32,000 nt of DNA from Methanopyrus kandleri AV19 (GTDB lineage Archaea > JAADCQ01 > Methanopyri > Methanopyrales > Methanopyraceae): the NCBI RefSeq assembly GCF_000007185.1, contig NC_003551.1, positions 420,001 to 452,000 of the forward strand. The letters run 5' to 3'. The notes below the pieces were generated by a model. That model did not search any database. It was given only the letters and a program-made list of their open reading frames with translations, and was not told the origin of the DNA. The first letter of the stretch is position 1; each line of letters starts with the position of its first letter. This document shows, in pieces, positions 1-8,828 of the stretch. Made by a program: the position numbers and the translations under genes.

Positions 1-248
1 TCCGCGAGGCTAGGGAACGTAGAGGTTGGAGCCAGGAGGACCTAGCCAAGAAGATCGGAGAGAAGGTTTCGGTGATCCGGCGTATTGAATCGGGCAAGAT
101 GGAACCGGACGTCGAGCTGGCGCGCAAGCTGGAGAGGGTCCTGGAAATAGAGCTCCTAGAGCGGGTGAGTGAAGAGGACACCGGATCCGTGGGGATCGGG
201 AGCGGCGAGCTGACGCTGGGTGATGTAGTGGAGATTAGGAAGAAGTGA
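1..248 (+). CDS. 3' part of an MBF1-type HTH (XRE/HTH_3) protein; the 5' end lies outside the window
   Basis: The frame is open from nt 3 to TGA at 246-248. It is absent from the ORF track because there is no start in the window. The translation REARERRGWSQEDLAKKIGEKVSVIRRIESGKMEPDVELARKLERVLEIELLE is a typical HTH_3 helix-turn-helix as in archaeal MBF1. Confidence 0.6.
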   Translation, partial: REARERRGWSQEDLAKKIGEKVSVIRRIESGKMEPDVELARKLERVLEIELLERVSEEDTGSVGIGSGELTLGDVVEIRKK

Positions 249-251
249 GCG

Positions 252-827
252 TTACACCGGAGACGTGCGAAGTATCAGCGTAACCACGACGATCGCTAGG
301 GCAACCGAGACCAGGGCGAATCCGTAAGTTCGAATGTCGATGTGCGCGCTCCGACGCTCCTCCACCACGCGCTCTGCCACTTTCATGCAGAGCTCCCGAG
401 CCTTATCTTCAACCTCATCCTCGTCACCGTTCGCGTATATTCGTAGCCGACCACGATCGCTGTCGATGACGAGGAGAACGTCCGCTTCCACACCCCGCTC
501 GTAGTCGCACACTTCTTTGAACTGCTCTTTGACCAGGGAGAGCACCTCGTTGATCGTGTACTCGTCCGCGGGAACGTCCAGGAGAAGCTTCCCATCGACC
601 TCCGTGTCTTCATCAACTATCGCCACATCACAACGCTTGATCGGAAGCGATTCCTCGGAAGTTTCGAGTTTCTCATCGATGGAGAATTTATTGAGATAAT
701 CCTTACCGAACAGGATCACCTTCCCGGTTTCTTTGCACACCGAAGAAAGGACACCTTTGTTGAACTCGTCGATGTCCTCACCGACCACTATCACCACATC
801 GTTCTTCGCGGACTTAACGAGGCTCAT
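252..827 (-). CDS. Hypothetical tail-anchored membrane protein (191 aa): acidic cytoplasmic domain plus a single C-terminal TM helix
   Basis: The internal ATG at 827 is preceded by GGAGGT. The longer ORF-track start at 884 would lie inside the upstream gene. The C-terminus YGFALVSVALAIVVVTLIL is hydrophobic. The gene overlaps the upstream actin-fold gene by 14 nt. Confidence 0.6.
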   Translation of the reverse strand: MSLVKSAKNDVVIVVGEDIDEFNKGVLSSVCKETGKVILFGKDYLNKFSIDEKLETSEESLPIKRCDVAIVDEDTEVDGKLLLDVPADEYTINEVLSLVKEQFKEVCDYERGVEADVLLVIDSDRGRLRIYANGDEDEVEDKARELCMKVAERVVEERRSAHIDIRTYGFALVSVALAIVVVTLILRTSPV

Positions 828-2439
828 TACCTCCGGAATCGTCCAGCCCCTCCTTAAGACCAGTAACGTTGCCCGCCGTCTCACTTACTCCACCCTCGAC
901 CTCTTGGAGTTCGTCTACCGGGATGAGGATGGGCCCCATCTCCTTAACTTGGACTATTTTGTACTCCTTCGGGAGCGTGTCCACGGTATCTTCCACTTCC
1001 GACCCACTGACGTTCACCTTAACGCCATCGACGTCGTCCGTGCTGTCTACACCCTCGAACTTGATAGTTACCGTACCAGCGTACGCCCGGCCACGGAGTT
1101 CCGCTGTTACGGGCGCTGGTTGCATCAGGATTATCTCCTTAATGGCACTAATGATGGCTTCCTTCAGCCCCGTCCTCCTCGGGATCTTTACGGAATCTTC
1201 GATCCGGCCCCCTACTTCGAGGTAATACCGACCTTCGGGGGCTCGGAACTCATCGATGACCACTTTCACATCACGACCGGAGCACTGCTGACATAGGGCG
1301 GTATCGCGGAGTACGGAGACCGCCACCACACGCATGGGTCCCGCGAGTTGCTTTCCGATGTGTGGTATCTTCGAAGCTTCGAGCATCTCCACTCTGGGTA
1401 CTATCCCTAGGTAATCACGATAGGCATCAAGAATAGCTTCCCGAACGGCCGTTTCAGCCTGATCGAGCAAGACTCCGCCTCCGTACAACTCGACCCGCTC
1501 CGGGACGTTCATGTCTAAGCTCCTGATGATACTCTTAACGGCCGACCTCACGGCGTCCCGGACGTACTCCGCGACCTCTTCGATGGCCTCCAACACCTCA
1601 CGGCGGGTAAGGTCGTACCGTGAGAGTTCCGAATCGGCCATCGGCGAATTGATCTTCTTTTTGATATTTTCCGCTTCTTCATATGTTAGTCCTAAATCAT
1701 TAGCTATGGCTAAGGTAAAATCACGTCCGCCAACTTTAATAGAATGACACACTTCCACAAGTGTGTTACGCACAACGGAGATATCCGTAGTACCTCCACC
1801 GGAATCAATTAGGAGGCAGTTCTCGATTTTGTAATCTCTGATCGCTTTGGCCACGGCGAGGGGTTCAACCGATATCGTGATTAACTTCATATTAAGGAGC
1901 CTAGCGATGCGCTCTAGGTTATTAATGAGCCCCAAGCTTGTATTCGATACTATGGCCCTGAACTGCAAGTGAGTGACTTGAGAACCGATGAGACCGTCGG
2001 GGTGGTCTGCCCCGAGTTCCCTTGGGTCTACCTCTGCTCCGTCGACCTTGAGATCCACTATATCGACGGAGATAGGCCAGTTTTCGGGCGAGAACTCCAA
2101 GCGGTGCGCTAGCGTGTATCCTATGTCCTCTATGCGGAGCTTTCCTTCGGGGCTCACGCTCGCCTCCGCTTCCACCATAGTGAACCGGTCTCCCGTCATC
2201 GACAATCCGATACCCTCTACGTCCGAAGGACTGACCCCTGCATCACGAAGTGCTTCTTCTACGGTTTTCTTGACTATCCGGCTCACACCCTTCACGTATC
2301 TGACGTTTCCTCGCTCCATGATCGTGGGATCGAGGATGTACCGCTCGCTGTACCCCTTGACCATCAGGTTACCACTCCTGAGTCGCCCTACGGCGGCTGA
2401 GATCACCTCGGTACCCAAGTCTACGGCGACCACGTGCAA
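814..2439 (-). CDS. Actin/HSP70-superfamily ATPase, FtsA-like (541 aa), with an extra C-terminal beta-rich domain and acidic tail
   Basis: Phosphate-1 motif VAVDLGT, phosphate-2 motif LLIDSGGGTTDISVV, adenosine motif VELYGGGVLL, and a large insertion between phosphate-1 and phosphate-2 as in FtsA. Confidence 0.75.
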   Translation of the reverse strand: MHVVAVDLGTEVISAAVGRLRSGNLMVKGYSERYILDPTIMERGNVRYVKGVSRIVKKTVEEALRDAGVSPSDVEGIGLSMTGDRFTMVEAEASVSPEGKLRIEDIGYTLAHRLEFSPENWPISVDIVDLKVDGAEVDPRELGADHPDGLIGSQVTHLQFRAIVSNTSLGLINNLERIARLLNMKLITISVEPLAVAKAIRDYKIENCLLIDSGGGTTDISVVRNTLVEVCHSIKVGGRDFTLAIANDLGLTYEEAENIKKKINSPMADSELSRYDLTRREVLEAIEEVAEYVRDAVRSAVKSIIRSLDMNVPERVELYGGGVLLDQAETAVREAILDAYRDYLGIVPRVEMLEASKIPHIGKQLAGPMRVVAVSVLRDTALCQQCSGRDVKVVIDEFRAPEGRYYLEVGGRIEDSVKIPRRTGLKEAIISAIKEIILMQPAPVTAELRGRAYAGTVTIKFEGVDSTDDVDGVKVNVSGSEVEDTVDTLPKEYKIVQVKEMGPILIPVDELQEVEGGVSETAGNVTGLKEGLDDSGGNEPR

Positions 2440-2443
2440 GCGA

Positions 2444-2755
2444 TCATCCCTCCATCTGTCCGAGTTCTCGCTGCTTGGTCCGCTGTCTCTCTACGATCTC
2501 CTCTAGGTCGATATCGTGGGCTGTGAGGAACGCTTCGACCTCTATCAATAGGTCACCCAGCTCCTCAATGAGTGCTTCCCGGTTGCCGGAACGTACCGCG
2601 TTCCTGACCTCGATAGCCTCCTCCACAAGTCTCGCGCCGGTGGACACCTCTACCGCCCGATCCTTCCGCGGCAGTAACCCCTTAAGGCCGAGGATTTGAG
2701 AACGTATTAGATCAACCGACTTGAACCTTCTGACGGCCTCAGCTACGAGGTTCAA
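2444..2755 (-). CDS. MazG-like nucleotide pyrophosphohydrolase domain protein (about 103 aa)
   Basis: The motif region LVEEAIEVRNAV...ALIEELGDLLIEVEAFLTAHDIDLEEIVERQRTKQRE is MazG-like. I propose the TTG start at 2755, which overlaps the TGA of the upstream gene (TTGA). The ORF-track start at 2866 would overlap the methyltransferase by 115 nt. Confidence 0.6.
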   Translation of the reverse strand: MNLVAEAVRRFKSVDLIRSQILGLKGLLPRKDRAVEVSTGARLVEEAIEVRNAVRSGNREALIEELGDLLIEVEAFLTAHDIDLEEIVERQRTKQRELGQMEG

Positions 2756-3300
2756 TGTGAGACTCCCCTGTACACGTAAGCGCGTCGTAAATCGTCCAGT
2801 CGCAGCACCTCCGGTACGCCTAACCCCGGAACCTCGAAGGTATAGCTCACGACGGTAGCTCCGCACGATACCAGCTCCTCTGATATTTCCTCGAGGAGAG
2901 ACGGCATTAAATACACGAATACGACGTCCGGATTTAACTCCCGCAGGTCGATGTCCCGGACGTCAGAATGTATAAAGATGGTTTTATCGTCTACTCTAAG
3001 TGTTTCGGATTTTGCGCGGGCTAACTCGAGCACATCCTCCCGTACGTCCACCCCCATCCCTTCACACCCATACAGGTAGGCGGCCGAGATCACGAAGCGA
3101 CCGTCTCCGCAGCCCAGATCCACCACTCTATTTTTAGGAGTTAACTCCAGCTTTCGAAGGATCTCAACCACGATCTCGATGGGTGTCGGTACGAGGTATA
3201 GCTCCGTTGGACACGTCACCACGTGGTCGTCGCTCCGGTGATACTCCACCTCGTTCGGGAACTCATCGAGCAGTCTCTCTACCTTCCTTTTCCCTATCAT
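2752..3300 (-). CDS. Class I SAM-dependent methyltransferase (182 aa)
   Basis: Motif I is VVDLGCGDGRF. The ATG at 3300 is preceded by GGAGGAT with a 5-nt spacer. Confidence 0.8.
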   Translation of the reverse strand: MIGKRKVERLLDEFPNEVEYHRSDDHVVTCPTELYLVPTPIEIVVEILRKLELTPKNRVVDLGCGDGRFVISAAYLYGCEGMGVDVREDVLELARAKSETLRVDDKTIFIHSDVRDIDLRELNPDVVFVYLMPSLLEEISEELVSCGATVVSYTFEVPGLGVPEVLRLDDLRRAYVYRGVSH

Positions 3301-3655
3301 CTTCGATCCTCCGCTTAGGCGAGTGGTATCCGCGAAGCTCCTCGAGCTTTCCGAACCTGCGGGCTATTCCCCTGTACACGTCACCGTGCCTTGGGGTTAT
3401 AACGATCAAATGGGCCGGGGGATGGATTTCAGAGATCTTCCGAATAACTTCGGCCGGTTCACCTTCTACACGAGCGACCGCGGCCACTGGATACCTTCTC
3501 CGCACCTCACCCAAAAGCTCCCGTACTATCGTGTCAGCGACCTCCGGATCCATAATTCTCGGTTTGCCCAAGATTTTAATACCCGCGTACCTCTCGATAT
3601 CCGACAAGCTTGTGAGTATCTTCTCGTAAGAATCCGACCTGATCACCACGAACAA
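3263..3655 (-). CDS. Hypothetical protein (130 aa), first gene of the minus-strand cassette
   Basis: The composition is protein-like. The TTG start at 3655 is preceded by GAGGGGA. The 3' end overlaps the methyltransferase start by 38 nt. I recognise no motif. Confidence 0.5.
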   Translation of the reverse strand: MFVVIRSDSYEKILTSLSDIERYAGIKILGKPRIMDPEVADTIVRELLGEVRRRYPVAAVARVEGEPAEVIRKISEIHPPAHLIVITPRHGDVYRGIARRFGKLEELRGYHSPKRRIEDDREKEGRETAR

Positions 3656-3707
3656 GCTTCGGTCCCCTCGCTCTCCCGATGCTGGGGGGTTTAACCTGGG
3701 CGTCAGG

Positions 3708-4130
3708 GTGAATATCGTCGGTGTCGACGTCTCGGGCCGACACGCGGAGGAGGACGGTCATTATAATAGGATCACGGCCTGCGTGTCGGCCGAGGTGGAT
3801 GGGTTCAATGTGTTTACGGTCAGAGATGTGAACGTGTTCGTCGTATGTACTCGCGAGCCCCCGAACTTGCGGACGCTGACCGAGGAAGTCTCCCGGGCCC
3901 TTAACGGCCTGGACAAGGACGATGAGTACATGGTGGTGGCGGAACCGGGTGAGTTCTTTGGAGAACCGGAGTGGAGGGTCTCGGCCCTTTTAGGGGCCCC
4001 GTTCAAGTACGCCGAGACCGTGGCCGAGCGAGAGGTAGTGGAAATGGCGCATAAGCTCGCCTACGGAGTCTACAGAGGCGTGAAGATGGGGTTGAAGGTT
4101 GCCCAGTCGCCCTCGGGCGGTTTTGGTTGA
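3708..4130 (+). CDS. Hypothetical protein (140 aa)
   Basis: GTG start at 3708. The N-terminus NIVGVDVSG resembles the first strand of RNase H-like folds, but that is only an impression. The antisense ORFs here are S/T/R-rich. Confidence 0.5.
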   Translation: MNIVGVDVSGRHAEEDGHYNRITACVSAEVDGFNVFTVRDVNVFVVCTREPPNLRTLTEEVSRALNGLDKDDEYMVVAEPGEFFGEPEWRVSALLGAPFKYAETVAEREVVEMAHKLAYGVYRGVKMGLKVAQSPSGGFG

Positions 4131-5370
4131 ACGGTTGGAGTGGAGACAGGAGAGCCGCATTGATGAGCTGAAAGAGCTGGCCGAATCTGCCGGCTACGAC
4201 GTCGTCGGCTCGTTCAGACAGGTCCGTCACGAAGACCCTCGATACCATATAGGGGAAGGAAAGGTCAAAGAGCTGGCGGAGTTCGTGCGCGAGAACGACG
4301 TGGACAAAGTCATCTTCGAGAACGAGATCAAGCCAGTCCAGGCGTTCAACCTTGCAGGTGAGCTGGGAGTTGAGGTAATCGACAGATTCCAGTTGATCCT
4401 CGAGATATTCGCACAGAGAGCTCGAACCCGCGAAGCCAAACTGCAGGTGAAGCTCGCGCAGCTCAAGTACGAACTGCCCAGGGCACGTGAGATGGTGAAC
4501 CTAGCTAAAAAGGAGGAGCGTCCGGGTTTCCGCGGCCTCGGTAAGTACGAAGCCGACAAATACGAGGAAATGATCCGACGGAAGATCGCCAAGATAGAGC
4601 GTGAACTCCGACGGATCGAGAAAGATCGAGAGCTAAAGAGGAAGCACCGACATCGGTTAGGGTTCGAACTAGTTACGTTGGCCGGGTACACATGTGCGGG
4701 TAAAAGCACCCTAATGCGGGCCCTAACCGACGAGACGGTCTACGTGGACTCCAAGATGTTCTCCACGCTGGATACCAAAACTAGAGCCGTAGACCTGGAC
4801 GGACACCGCGTACTCCTCACCGACACCGTCGGATTCGTGGATAACCTACCCCACTGGCTCGTGGAGTCTTTCAAATCGACTCTTGAGGAAACCGCCCAAG
4901 CCGACCTGGTCCTGCTGGTGGTAGACGTCAGTGACGAGTTACCGGAGATCAAGCGTAAACTCCGGGTGTGCCACAGGACGTTGGAGGAGATAGGCGCTGA
5001 AGGCCCCATCGTGACCGCGCTCAACAAGGCGGATCTGATAGGATGGGAGGAAGCGGAGCGACGCCTCCGGGAACTAGAAGGGTACGTGTCTCATCCGGTG
5101 GTCGTTTCCGCTAAGACAGGGGAAGGCCTCGACGACCTCAAGGCCGAGATGCGTACGGTGCTCTCCAGGTACTGGAAGAACGTCCGCATCGAGCTACCGA
5201 TGAGGAACGAAACCATGCGGGTTGTTTCGAAACTACATGAACTCGGAAACGTGCTGGACGAGCGTTGGTCGAACGACGGTGTTGAGGTGTTCCTCGAGGT
5301 CAGTGAGAAGGCCCTGGGAACCGTGAGAGGAACCGTGAAGGGGTTCGGTAAAGTGGAGGTATTGGATTAA
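4099..5370 (+). CDS. hflX: GTPase HflX
   Basis: The HflX N-terminal domain and coiled linker are followed by G1 GYTCAGKST, G3 DTVGF and G4 NKADL. The start is uncertain, with in-frame TTG codons at 4099, 4123 and 4135. Confidence 0.85.
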   Translation: MPSRPRAVLVERLEWRQESRIDELKELAESAGYDVVGSFRQVRHEDPRYHIGEGKVKELAEFVRENDVDKVIFENEIKPVQAFNLAGELGVEVIDRFQLILEIFAQRARTREAKLQVKLAQLKYELPRAREMVNLAKKEERPGFRGLGKYEADKYEEMIRRKIAKIERELRRIEKDRELKRKHRHRLGFELVTLAGYTCAGKSTLMRALTDETVYVDSKMFSTLDTKTRAVDLDGHRVLLTDTVGFVDNLPHWLVESFKSTLEETAQADLVLLVVDVSDELPEIKRKLRVCHRTLEEIGAEGPIVTALNKADLIGWEEAERRLRELEGYVSHPVVVSAKTGEGLDDLKAEMRTVLSRYWKNVRIELPMRNETMRVVSKLHELGNVLDERWSNDGVEVFLEVSEKALGTVRGTVKGFGKVEVLD

Positions 5371-5804
5371 TCCTCACGCGAACTCTTCCGGTACCATTCC
5401 GGAACTTGGATCAGTGAATAACCCCCGTCGGGACCGGGCTTTCCGTCGATCTTGAAACCCATCTTACGGAGGTCCTTCACCCTATTGTGGACGGCTACGC
5501 GGCTCTCTCGATTGATGTACTCCTTAAGCAGCTCGCCGCTCACGTAGTTGCCGGTTTTGGTGTAGATACCGGCCTCTTTCAGTATCTGTTTCGCACGCTT
5601 TTCGCCCACGGTTTTTGAGAGCTGATCTAGCAGCCTGTTCGCCTCCTCCAACACGGACAGAATGATGAGGTGACCTGCGTCTATCTTCACGCCTTTCTCG
5701 TACGCTCGCTTCAAGAACTCCCACAGATCGCCTCTGGGACGACTCCTCGCGACGCGCTCCAGCCTGGACTGCGTGAGTACGGCGATCTCGTCGTCACGCG
5801 CCAC
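5367..5804 (-). CDS. Putative winged-HTH DNA-binding protein (145 aa)
   Basis: The GTG start at 5804 is preceded by GGGGGTGATCC, a strong Shine-Dalgarno match. The C-terminal VHNRVKDLRKMGFKIDGKPGPDGGYSLI resembles BirA-type HTH_11. Confidence 0.55.
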   Translation of the reverse strand: MARDDEIAVLTQSRLERVARSRPRGDLWEFLKRAYEKGVKIDAGHLIILSVLEEANRLLDQLSKTVGEKRAKQILKEAGIYTKTGNYVSGELLKEYINRESRVAVHNRVKDLRKMGFKIDGKPGPDGGYSLIQVPEWYRKSSRED

Positions 5805-5846
5805 GTCGGGATCACCCCCGTTCCGTCCCCTATAACGTTTCGAGGA

Positions 5847-5852
5847 TTTTAA
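5847..5852 (-). promoter_or_regulatory. Candidate TATA element (TTAAAA on the minus strand) for the wHTH gene
   Basis: This is the only A/T hexamer in the 70-bp gap. It lies 48 nt upstream of GTG 5804, leaving a leader of about 20 nt that carries the SD. Confidence 0.3.
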
Positions 5853-5874
5853 CTTTCCACGCCGCCGTAGGGCG

Positions 5875-6516
5875 TTACATACCCCTGAGCTCGCGTCTGC
5901 GCTTGGCGACCTTCCTGGCGACCACGGCCTCCCCGAGCCTGAACAAGTAAATAAAGAGGTTTTCTAGACCACCCATGAGCCAGAGTACGTATCCGAACGT
6001 TCTATCACTTATCTTACGCTCGAACTCCTCGGGCGTAAGATCTCGATTTAGCTCACGGTTGAATACCATCGTGGCGGCTTCGATGAACTCATCCCACGAT
6101 ATCCCAGGCACGTTCTCGTGAATCTTCTCCAGTAGGTCCCGCGCCGGTGTGTCGTAGAGATTCGACATGAGCTCGACGACAGTCCTGAGCGTAACGACAC
6201 CGACCACCCGCATGTCTTCCTCCAGTGGGACGAGCGTGAGGTCGGAGTCCGTAAGAATTTCCACGGCCTTCGTGATGGGGTCGGAGGGAGAGATCGACTC
6301 CGGCGATCGGCATACCTCTTCAACTGTCTCGGCGCCAGCGGTGAGTCCTCGAGCGATGTCGTTGGACGTCACTAAGCCGACCAAACGGTCCGAACCGTTC
6401 ACTACGACAGCCGTGTACTCGGAGTACCTCGTGAGCTCTCGAACCGCCTGCTCGAGACTGTCCTCGGGTTTCACTCTAGGATACTCTTTAGTGGCCCACA
6501 TCTCGGCCCTCATCAC
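5875..6516 (-). CDS. CBS-pair domain protein with a hydrophobic or amphipathic C-terminal segment; last gene of the eha string
   Basis: There are two CBS-like repeats ([10 protein letters not shown]... and [11 protein letters not shown]...). The C-terminal segment is [19 protein letters not shown]. The gene overlaps the upstream polyferredoxin gene by 4 nt. Confidence 0.7.
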   Translation of the reverse strand: MMRAEMWATKEYPRVKPEDSLEQAVRELTRYSEYTAVVVNGSDRLVGLVTSNDIARGLTAGAETVEEVCRSPESISPSDPITKAVEILTDSDLTLVPLEEDMRVVGVVTLRTVVELMSNLYDTPARDLLEKIHENVPGISWDEFIEAATMVFNRELNRDLTPEEFERKISDRTFGYVLWLMGGLENLFIYLFRLGEAVVARKVAKRRRELRGM

Positions 6517-7271
6517 ACCTCCTCCCTAACTTCCTTGATCTTTATCGCACCAGTCGGACAATTTCGAGCACACTCTCCGCATCTTATGCACCGGTCGTAG
6601 GAAATATTGGCGACATCCCCTTCCATCTCGACGGCATCCACTGGACAGACTTCTACACAGACCTCACACCCTATACACATATCCTGATCCAACTCAATTT
6701 CACGCTCGAATTCAGGCGGTGTTAAGGTACGCTCAATAACGATGGCATCGACGGGACATGCATGTTCACAAGCTTTACAACCTATACATTTATCCTCGTC
6801 TATCCTTAACTTATCAATATTTGGTGCCTCGACAGGACAAATCTGTTCACAAAGACGACAGGCTATGCATCGATCTTTTCTCAGAATTGCCTTCCTAAGT
6901 ACGAACTTACGTCGTATTACATCAACTTCCTCGAGCTTTACTTCAATGCTATCTTTAGTTACTCGGGCTTCACCGGATACCACCTTGATGGCATCTACGG
7001 GGCAAGACTTAGCACATAACCGACACCTCACACATGCGTCGTGATCAACCTCTGGAGGATTGGTGCTGTCCGGTTCTGTTAGCGCGTCTACCGGGCACTC
7101 TTCGTAACATGTCTTACACCCTACACATCGCTCGGGGTCTATAGTCACGAACTCCCGACGTACGGCTGGTGTCTCAGAAAGTACTTCCAACACTGTATCT
7201 TCATCAGCGTCTTCCACACGATCTAACACCATTTCAACTACCTTATCGATCGAAATTTCAAGCGTTTTCAT
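6513..7271 (-). CDS. Polyferredoxin with 6 x [4Fe-4S] motifs
   Basis: Six CxxCxxCxxxCP motifs. The ATG at 7271 overlaps the upstream TGA (ATGA). The N-terminal 40 aa form an acidic helix. Confidence 0.8.
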   Translation of the reverse strand: MKTLEISIDKVVEMVLDRVEDADEDTVLEVLSETPAVRREFVTIDPERCVGCKTCYEECPVDALTEPDSTNPPEVDHDACVRCRLCAKSCPVDAIKVVSGEARVTKDSIEVKLEEVDVIRRKFVLRKAILRKDRCIACRLCEQICPVEAPNIDKLRIDEDKCIGCKACEHACPVDAIVIERTLTPPEFEREIELDQDMCIGCEVCVEVCPVDAVEMEGDVANISYDRCIRCGECARNCPTGAIKIKEVREEV

Positions 7272-7711
7272 CCCCGGAATCCCCCCACGGGTTCGATAGC
7301 ACGGGACGGACAGATTCGAACGCACTCGAGACATCCTACACACCGATCAACGTCTAACTTAGGGGGAGACCCTTTCGCTCCGAAGAGCGCTTCAACCGGG
7401 CAGGAAGAAGAGCACGCTTGACAACCGACACATTTGGACTCGGATATCCGCACGCTCACTTCGGGACGTTTTGTCAGGACCTCGATTCGGTAACTTCCTT
7501 TGGGAAGCTCACATGTGGCACGGCCGAGGAGTATGGCATCGAAAGGACATACTTCCACACACAAGCCGCACCGCACACAGTCTTTTTCGTCGATCTTAGC
7601 GGAATCCTCCACCTCAATCGCGCCTGTGGGACACTCTTTCTCACAAAGACCACAGGCGCGGCATAGCTCGTGTATCACAACAACTTCACGGACCTCGACT
7701 ATCACGTCCAC
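7268..7711 (-). CDS. Ferredoxin with 4 x [4Fe-4S] motifs
   Basis: Four CxxCxxCxxxCP motifs. The start is GTG 7711, with an alternative in-frame GTG at 7678 just after the upstream stop. Confidence 0.75.
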   Translation of the reverse strand: MDVIVEVREVVVIHELCRACGLCEKECPTGAIEVEDSAKIDEKDCVRCGLCVEVCPFDAILLGRATCELPKGSYRIEVLTKRPEVSVRISESKCVGCQACSSSCPVEALFGAKGSPPKLDVDRCVGCLECVRICPSRAIEPVGGFRG

Positions 7712-8825
7712 TCACCACCTCAGCCATGAGCTCCTCTATCACGTTCTTCACTTCGAACTCGATGACACGGCGTATCATTTCCTCAGACATCTTGCGTTCT
7801 AAAAGTTCGGAAAGCTTCTCCTCGACGTCTCTTTCAGTCCTCGTAGTTGAGCCGAATTCTTCAGCCGCTTCCAGCATTTCTCGGGTTAAGATGCCGAGGA
7901 ACGCATCGGAGATCCGAGACCGCAGCACTTCACGCTCGGCCTCCTCCGTAGGTACGCGGTCCACGGCCGATGTCGGACAGGCGTCCGCGCATAGGCCGCA
8001 TCGCACGCACAGGTCGGGCATGATCACAGGCATCCGAGTTATCTCCTCGATGCGTATCGCATCCACCGGGCAGACATCGTAGCATATACGACATCCTATG
8101 CACATGTCAGGTTGTATGTAAAACACTTCGTCAGTACACTTAGGTCGTGGACGATGATCGGGTCGTTTCAGTGCTTCCGTGGGACAGTATGCCACACAAT
8201 TATAACATCCTAGGCACCGTTCAGGGTCCGGATCTCCATCTGGCACGTTATCAGCGGCACCTGTTGGACACACCTCGTGACAACGGTTACACTCAACACA
8301 CAGTTCCCTATTCAGTCGTGGATTGCTTCGACGTTTGAGCTGAGGTACCTCCAACTCTACCGTGACACTACCATAAGGACAAACTTTTACACATTCTAAA
8401 CACCCATGACATGCGTCCAGGTCTATTCTGTGTTCTTCAATGATCTCACGCATAACTCCGGTGGGACATACCTCGATGCAGGGCCTATTTTCACAACGAT
8501 CACATGTACGGAGATCAACACCAATGAACCTCACTTCAATATCTGCCTTAGGGACACGAACGGGTCTACGTTTCGGCTTTAATTCCGTGAATGATACCTC
8601 ATAAAACCTGAATACATCCCGAGGGCACGCCTGTACACAGAAAGAACATGCAACACACCGATCCTCATCGAGCCGCACCCGCTCGTCCACCTCGATCGCT
8701 CCGGTAGGGCAGACTTCGGCACAGAGGCCACATCCCGCGCACTCGTCGGGCCGTTCGACTTCCACGATGTTGATGGTCACGTTACGAAGACGATCCTCGA
8801 AGGAGAAGTGAAGATCGACCACCAC
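7686..8825 (-). CDS. Polyferredoxin with 8 x [4Fe-4S] motifs and an acidic helical C-terminal tail of about 85 aa
   Basis: Eight cysteine motifs, one of which is the variant CDRCENRPCIEVCP. The tail is PTEEAEREVL...EELMAEVV. Confidence 0.8.
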   Translation of the reverse strand: MVVDLHFSFEDRLRNVTINIVEVERPDECAGCGLCAEVCPTGAIEVDERVRLDEDRCVACSFCVQACPRDVFRFYEVSFTELKPKRRPVRVPKADIEVRFIGVDLRTCDRCENRPCIEVCPTGVMREIIEEHRIDLDACHGCLECVKVCPYGSVTVELEVPQLKRRSNPRLNRELCVECNRCHEVCPTGAADNVPDGDPDPERCLGCYNCVAYCPTEALKRPDHRPRPKCTDEVFYIQPDMCIGCRICYDVCPVDAIRIEEITRMPVIMPDLCVRCGLCADACPTSAVDRVPTEEAEREVLRSRISDAFLGILTREMLEAAEEFGSTTRTERDVEEKLSELLERKMSEEMIRRVIEFEVKNVIEELMAEVVSGRDSRGP

Positions 8826-8828
8826 CGG

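Noticed and set aside
733-1296. 187-aa plus-strand ORF, with ORFs 869-1225, 1511-1747 and 1988-2506, opposite the FtsA-like gene
   Set aside because: They are S/T/R/P-rich low-complexity translations, as expected for antisense frames in GC-rich coding DNA. The minus-strand gene carries clear actin-fold motifs.
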